A stretch of 62,942 nucleotides of DNA from a virus (Duplodnaviria > Caudoviricetes), in IMG/VR virus record IMGVR_UViG_3300038314_001058, positions 1 to 62,942 of that record; one strand, 5' to 3'. Positions 58,219 through 62,942 of this stretch are shown here, in pieces. The notes under the pieces were generated by a model. The model saw nothing but the letters and a program-made list of their open reading frames with translations, was not told the DNA's origin and ran no database searches. The position numbers and the translations under genes were made by a program. Numbering within the stretch: the stretch's first letter is position 1; each line of letters begins with the position of its first letter.

Positions 58219-58610
58219 CCATAAAGCGCAACCGGGATTGGTTGCCCAAGACCGTGCCCAAGGAGGGCACGGCTAAGGGCAAACAACCCGACCCAATAGG
58301 GACAGGTTACTTGCGTAGGAAAGGATTGGCGTTTTGCTGGTGTTTGCTACCCCTGCCGCCCCAGAACTTAGCGTGGCCCGGTAGTGGTTACAGCGGCCCT
58401 TGCGAGGCGCACTACTGGCGGACGCTGCCCAACGGCAGAGTGTACGCTGGAAACCAGAGCGGGTTGCAGGAGCGGACCAAGTGCCACCGTGCCCTGCATT
58501 GCCGCCCACACTTGCGCTTGGGCGAACCCGACCTACCAGCCGTGGCCCCTATATGCCCGACCCCCGTAGGGGTGGGAAGGGCTAGGCACCGGAGCAAGCC
58601 CCCGTGCCAT
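58219..58610 (-). ncRNA. Candidate ~400-nt structured leader RNA
   Basis: Lies between promoter 58617-58645 and the first gene; several hairpins including a UACG loop; no convincing ORF. Confidence 0.45.
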
Positions 58611-58616
58611 GCAGTT

Positions 58617-58645
58617 ACCTTACATTTGCACTAGCGACCTCGCAA
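58617..58645 (-). promoter_or_regulatory. Promoter of the inverted operon
   Basis: Minus strand TTGCGA-17-TAAGGT. Confidence 0.6.
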
Positions 58646-58772
58646 CAACAAAATGTCCAATGGGGCAAATTAATTGCGAGCGGACGTAGCCTCCCCTCAG
58701 CCGTCCGCTCAGCGGAGCGGTCCTCGGCGGACCCTGCCCTAGTGGGACAGCCATAGGTGCGACCCTGCCGGA

Positions 58773-58929
58773 CGCCACAGGGGCAGGGGCAGGGCAGGGC
58801 AGGGCAGGGCAAGGCCACAGGGGCACCACAGGGCGCGCCACAGGGGCAGGGCAGGGCAAGGGCAGGGCAAGCCCCTGCCACCGGCCACAAGGGCACCACA
58901 GGCCACGCCACAGGGCTGTGGCGCGCTGT
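58773..58929. repeat. Low-complexity GGGCA and (G)CCACAGGG repeat array
   Basis: Tandem AGGGC units and at least five CCACAGGG copies. Confidence 0.85.
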
Positions 58930-59241
58930 CCACCGGCCACCCCACCCCACCGACGGGTCAGGGGCAGTCGGGCGGGGTGCAGGCCCCGTGCCCATCCATC
59001 TCGGCCAGACATACGGGATCACATGCAAGATAGCATATGACCAAGAGCAGACGACAAAGGACCGAGGACCGAGGACAAAGGACAGACGACCTCCTCCAGA
59101 GAACGAAGGATAGGAGAACCACTGACGAAGATCCTCCCACCCACAAAATAATAAAATAGAACAGAGACCTGGATGCAAAAGACAACGTAGAGTCAATGGA
59201 GTCAGTAGAGGCGGCGCACAATCACGCGTGAAACAGCGACC

Positions 59242-59270
59242 TTGTCATTTGCCGGTCGGCATGGTACAGT
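59242..59270 (+). promoter_or_regulatory. TTGTCATTTGC-class promoter 6
   Basis: TTGTCA-17-TACAGT. Confidence 0.7.
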
Positions 59271-59317
59271 GGACAAAATACGACCATACCCCTTTTGTGA
59301 GAAGCGATGCGCGCTCC

Positions 59318-59569
59318 ATGCACGAATTAGAGCTATCTGCGGCACGAGCCGCGTGGAAGGCCGCTGGTGCGACTGTGAAGAAGGCTCCGGAGACCATGGA
59401 CGATGGTGTCCGCTATTTGCAGTTGTATGAGGAAGAGCCCAAGACGAGGGCGGGGTGGAATCAGTTCAGGAAGGCTGCGAAGGTACTTGCTGACGAGCTC
59501 CCGGACGAGCATCATCCTTTTGATGTCTACATCCTCTCCCTTGGGCTTTGTTGGGAGATGATCAAATGA
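59318..59569 (+). CDS. Hypothetical protein
   Basis: ORF downstream of promoter; start uncertain. Confidence 0.5.
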   Translation: MHELELSAARAAWKAAGATVKKAPETMDDGVRYLQLYEEEPKTRAGWNQFRKAAKVLADELPDEHHPFDVYILSLGLCWEMIK

Positions 59570-59814
59570 GGTGCGGGAATGCCGGGGAAGACGCAACAAA
59601 TATCGTGAGGTTCGACATTTCGGAGTATGATCGTTTGGATCCGGCGCTCCGAAAGATGCTTCGGATGGCTCCGGTCCCGATTGATCCGGTGTCGTTCTAT
59701 AGAGCGTACCTGGAGAATGGTGCGAATATGTATGTTTTCCAAGGTGAATTTGATAGATGGCTGAAGCGAGAATATCCAGACTACGATCCCACTGATCTGG
59801 TAAATCGCGAATGA
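59566..59814 (+). CDS. Hypothetical protein
   Basis: ATGA coupling. Confidence 0.5.
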   Translation: MRCGNAGEDATNIVRFDISEYDRLDPALRKMLRMAPVPIDPVSFYRAYLENGANMYVFQGEFDRWLKREYPDYDPTDLVNRE

Positions 59815-59883
59815 GGTAAGTGAAAATTTGCGCTTGCCAGACAAGCCCAAGTGAGGCAACATCGGGGTGAAAGGACCACTCCG

Positions 59884-60123
59884 ATGAATGACCACGATCA
59901 AGAGCACAAAACAGGCCCACAACTCGTCAAGTTTCCCTCAACAGAAGACGGTATCCGCTCAGTCGAAGAGACGCTGGAGAAGGCGAAGAAACGCGGACTG
60001 ACCGAGGTTGTCGTCCTGGGCTTCGATGAAGACGATGAGCATGTCGTCCTCGCGTCAACGATGCTGAACAAGGACATCCTCTGGCATGGTGAGCTCCTTC
60101 GCAAGTTCGCGCTTGGGGACTGA
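59884..60123 (+). CDS. Hypothetical protein
   Basis: SD AAGGA; L.EVVVLG.D motif. Confidence 0.65.
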   Translation: MNDHDQEHKTGPQLVKFPSTEDGIRSVEETLEKAKKRGLTEVVVLGFDEDDEHVVLASTMLNKDILWHGELLRKFALGD

Positions 60124-60125
60124 GC

Positions 60126-61646
60126 ATGAACGACTTCCCTGACAACGTCATCTGGAAACCGCAGGCTGGATCGCAGGAGGCTTTTCTTGCGTCCACACCT
60201 ATCTTCGAGGTTCTGTTCCAAGGGACACGGGGCGGTGGTAAGACTGACTGTCTTCTCATGTCCTATGGTCAGTTCGTTGGACGAGGATTCGGAGCAGGGT
60301 GGAAAGGCATTCTGTTTCGGCAGACCTATAAGCAGCTGACCGACGTCATTACCAAGACCAAGAAGTGGTTTCCACAGATCTGGCCTCAGGCGAGGTTCAA
60401 CGGTTCGGAGCATAAGTGGGTCTGGCCGACTGGTGAAGAACTGCTTCTGCGACAGTTCAAGAAGGACGATGACTACTGGAACTATCACGGTCACGAGTAT
60501 CCCTGGATCGGATGGGAAGAGCTCTGCAACTGGCCGACTGATGCTGGATACAAGCGAATGTTCTCGTGCTGCCGGAGCTCGACGCCCGGTATGCCTCGTA
60601 TGGTCCGTGCAACGACGAACCCGTATGGTCCCGGCCACAACTGGGTGAAGATGCGGTTCCAGCCGCAAAATATGAACATGAAGGTCCGCCGTGGCCTGAT
60701 TGACGAGCAGGGTCTGGAGGAGCCGCCTCGCCTCTCCATCTTCAGCCGACTTGACGAGAACAAGATCCTGCTGAAAGAGGACCCGGACTACATCAACAAG
60801 ATCGCTGCGTCGGCGAGGAACGAGGCTGAGCGAAAGGCTTGGCTGGAGGGTTCCTGGGACGTTGTCGCTGGCGGTATGTTCGACGACGTGTGGGATCCCA
60901 AGTACAATCTCATCAAGCCATTCGAGATTCCGTGGAACTGGCGCATCGATCGGAGCTTCGACTGGGGTTCGTCCAGACCATTCTCTGTCGGCTGGTGGGC
61001 AAGGTCCAACGGTGAAGACGTCAAGCTGGCGAGCGGTCGTTGGGCTTCGACTGTGAAGGGTGATCTTTTCCGTATCAATGAATGGTACGGGTGGACCGGG
61101 AAGCCCAACGAGGGCGTCCAGATGCTGGCGACTGACATCGCTCGTGGTATCGTGGAGCGTGAGATCCAGATGGGTCTTCGGGTTCAAGGCGACGGTGGGT
61201 ATTGTCGTGTGAAGCCTGGTGTAGCCGACAGCCAGATCTTCGCTGCGGAGAACGGCAACTGCATCGCTGTCGACTTCAAGTCAAAGGTTCGTCTCGACGA
61301 TGGCATTCAGTACAAGGGCATTCAGTGGCTTGAAGCAGACAAGCGCCCCGGTTCACGCGCTACCGGCTGGGTGCAGATGCGCCAGATGCTCAAGAATGCT
61401 CACCCGACCGTCTTGGGCGAGAGGGACGATGGGTCTCTCATCCTTGGGCCTCGGGAGAAGCCCGGTCTGTTCATTTTCAGCAACTGCGACAATTGGGCGA
61501 GGACTGTTCCTGTTCTGCCCAGAGACGAAGACAACCCGGATGACGTCAACACTGATACCGAGGATCACATTGCTGACGAGACGCGATACAAGGTCCGATC
61601 GGTCGGTGTGTCTGTCAGTGGCGGTACAGTCAGCGGCCAACACTAG
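60126..61646 (+). CDS. terL: Terminase large subunit
   Basis: WKPQAGSQ, GTRGGGKTD, WIGWEEL, RATTNPYGPGHNWVK, SFDWGSSRPFS, EDHIADETRY. Confidence 0.93.
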   Translation: MNDFPDNVIWKPQAGSQEAFLASTPIFEVLFQGTRGGGKTDCLLMSYGQFVGRGFGAGWKGILFRQTYKQLTDVITKTKKWFPQIWPQARFNGSEHKWVWPTGEELLLRQFKKDDDYWNYHGHEYPWIGWEELCNWPTDAGYKRMFSCCRSSTPGMPRMVRATTNPYGPGHNWVKMRFQPQNMNMKVRRGLIDEQGLEEPPRLSIFSRLDENKILLKEDPDYINKIAASARNEAERKAWLEGSWDVVAGGMFDDVWDPKYNLIKPFEIPWNWRIDRSFDWGSSRPFSVGWWARSNGEDVKLASGRWASTVKGDLFRINEWYGWTGKPNEGVQMLATDIARGIVEREIQMGLRVQGDGGYCRVKPGVADSQIFAAENGNCIAVDFKSKVRLDDGIQYKGIQWLEADKRPGSRATGWVQMRQMLKNAHPTVLGERDDGSLILGPREKPGLFIFSNCDNWARTVPVLPRDEDNPDDVNTDTEDHIADETRYKVRSVGVSVSGGTVSGQH

Positions 61647-61655
61647 GAGAGCTCA

Positions 61656-61865
61656 ATGAGAGTGGAAGCAGGAGACATAAATTCCCGTTTGGTGGAGGCA
61701 GTCTACCTTGATGGGAAACGAATCGACAAGGCCACTGCTTTTGATGACGAGGAGTGCTGGGTCGAGGTCCTTAAGATGACCCCGGACGGTAACTACGAAA
61801 TCAAAGATGACTGCATCGTCCGCGAAAAGCTGTATGGGAACGTTACCGTCTCCTGGAAGAAATAA
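61656..61865 (+). CDS. Hypothetical protein
   Basis: SD AGGAG; VYLDG...A.DDEE.WV...GNVTV. Confidence 0.65.
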   Translation: MRVEAGDINSRLVEAVYLDGKRIDKATAFDDEECWVEVLKMTPDGNYEIKDDCIVREKLYGNVTVSWKK

Positions 61866-61870
61866 AACGC

Positions 61871-61899
61871 TTGTGTGAAATTCCTTCTGGGGCTATGTT
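61871..61899 (+). promoter_or_regulatory. Promoter for the head operon
   Basis: TTGTGT-17-TATGTT. Confidence 0.55.
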
Positions 61900-61926
61900 G
61901 CCCCTCAGCTGACCAGTGGAGCTACC

Positions 61927-62942
61927 ATGCCGATTGAGATCTCTTCCCACCATCCTGAGTATGTCGCGATGTCGCCCGATTGGACGCTCATGCGTGATGC
62001 TCATAAGGGTGAGCGTCAGGTGAAGTCCAAACGCACGGCCTACCTTCCTGCAACAGATGGTCAGATCGCCCTCGGCATGAACAACCCGACAGACCGTGGC
62101 TTCAAGTCGTATCTCGCATACCTTACTCGCGCTCGCTTCCCGAACTACGTGAAGGAGGCCGTGTCGACCGCTGTCGGTATGATGCACTCGGAACCGCCGG
62201 AGATCAGCCTTCCGGCCGGTATGGAGGGCATTCGCTCGGCCAAGGGCGAATCCATGCCGCAGCTTCTGCGTCGCATCAACGAGGAGCAGCTGATCACTGG
62301 TCGTATCGGGTTGCTCGCTGACCTTCCTGTTCGTGGCGGGACGATCCCCTATATCGCCACCTACTCGGCTGAACGCATCATCAACTGGGACAATGGCACG
62401 GTGCAGGGTCTGGTCCCTCAGGTGCTGAATCTGGTGGTGCTCGACGAGACGGAACACGTTCGCTCCTCGACCGGCTTCGACTGGGATCTTGAGACCAAGT
62501 ATCGTGTTCTTCAGATCGGAGGTCTGGAAGAGAACGAACCGTCGGGTATCTATCGGGTGGGTATCTTCAGCGAAGACGAGACGGGAGGCTATGACCCGAG
62601 CCAGATGAGAGCTCCGGGTATCCAGGGCCGAACACTGGACAAGATTCCGATGGTGATCATCAATTCGACCGATCACGTGCCCGAGCCACAGGACCCGGCC
62701 CTGCTCGATCTCGGCAATCTGTGCATGACCATCTACCGTGGGGAGGCGGACTACCGCCAGAACCTCTTCATGCAGGGTCAAGACACCCTCGTTGTGATCG
62801 GTGGTGCTCATGACGAAGACGACGACCTTCGCACCGGTGCTGGTGCTCGCATCGATATCTCGAACCCTCAGGGTGACGCAAAGTTCATCGGCGTGAACAG
62901 TGACGGCCTGAGCGAGCAGCGTGAGGCCCTCAAGGAGGACCA
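61927..62942 (+). CDS. Portal protein (DUF4055-like), N-terminal part; runs off the window end and joins 1-571
   Basis: MPIEISSHHPEY...W.LMRDAHKGE..VK....YLP, YL.RA.FPN; missed by the ORF track. Confidence 0.88.
   Translation, partial: MPIEISSHHPEYVAMSPDWTLMRDAHKGERQVKSKRTAYLPATDGQIALGMNNPTDRGFKSYLAYLTRARFPNYVKEAVSTAVGMMHSEPPEISLPAGMEGIRSAKGESMPQLLRRINEEQLITGRIGLLADLPVRGGTIPYIATYSAERIINWDNGTVQGLVPQVLNLVVLDETEHVRSSTGFDWDLETKYRVLQIGGLEENEPSGIYRVGIFSEDETGGYDPSQMRAPGIQGRTLDKIPMVIINSTDHVPEPQDPALLDLGNLCMTIYRGEADYRQNLFMQGQDTLVVIGGAHDEDDDLRTGAGARIDISNPQGDAKFIGVNSDGLSEQREALKED
62844..62941. repeat. Terminal direct repeat, right copy
   Basis: Identical to 1-98. Confidence 0.95.

Noticed and set aside
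58273-59221. ORFs predicted across the leader and repeat block
   Set aside because: Low-complexity Pro/Cys/Ala or Gly/Gln translations with atypical codons and no SD; treated as non-coding
1-62942. tRNA genes
   Set aside because: No cloverleaf with a T-loop GTTCRA recognised in intergenic gaps; tRNAscan-SE is needed to exclude them

Overview
This window is an essentially complete, circularly permuted tailed-phage (siphovirus) genome of about 62,843 bp. Bases 1-98 reappear at 62844-62941, and the portal gene is split across this junction. Gene order is: head genes, tail genes with a RcGTA g12-g15-like baseplate (suggesting an alphaproteobacterial, probably Rhodobacterales, host), lysis, then helicases/SSB/class II RNR. 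These are followed by a thymine-replacement and hypermodification cluster (5hmdU DNA kinase-like, radical SAM, glycosyltransferase, dUMP hydroxymethylase, HD, DUF3310, PolA, MazG, dCMP deaminase), primase-helicase and ligase, about 30 small putative early ORFs, terS, an inverted early operon and terL. The layout resembles YuA/M6-like and Roseobacter RDJL-like phages (inference, no search run). The most interesting signals are: (1) a hypermodification operon with a glycosyltransferase and radical SAM but no recognisable amino acid:DNA transferase; (2) sharply bounded windows lacking TC/GA dinucleotides, two inside genes, that share GCCACAGGG/CCACCAGCGC motifs and may be modification-free patches; (3) a ~400-nt structured leader whose template strand has no TC at all; (4) about 74 copies of the heptamer CTTGGGC/GCCCAAG, a candidate primase recognition site; (5) covarying long hairpins between the inverted early genes. 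All counts were made by eye and need computational confirmation. No tRNA, CRISPR array or integrase was recognised.
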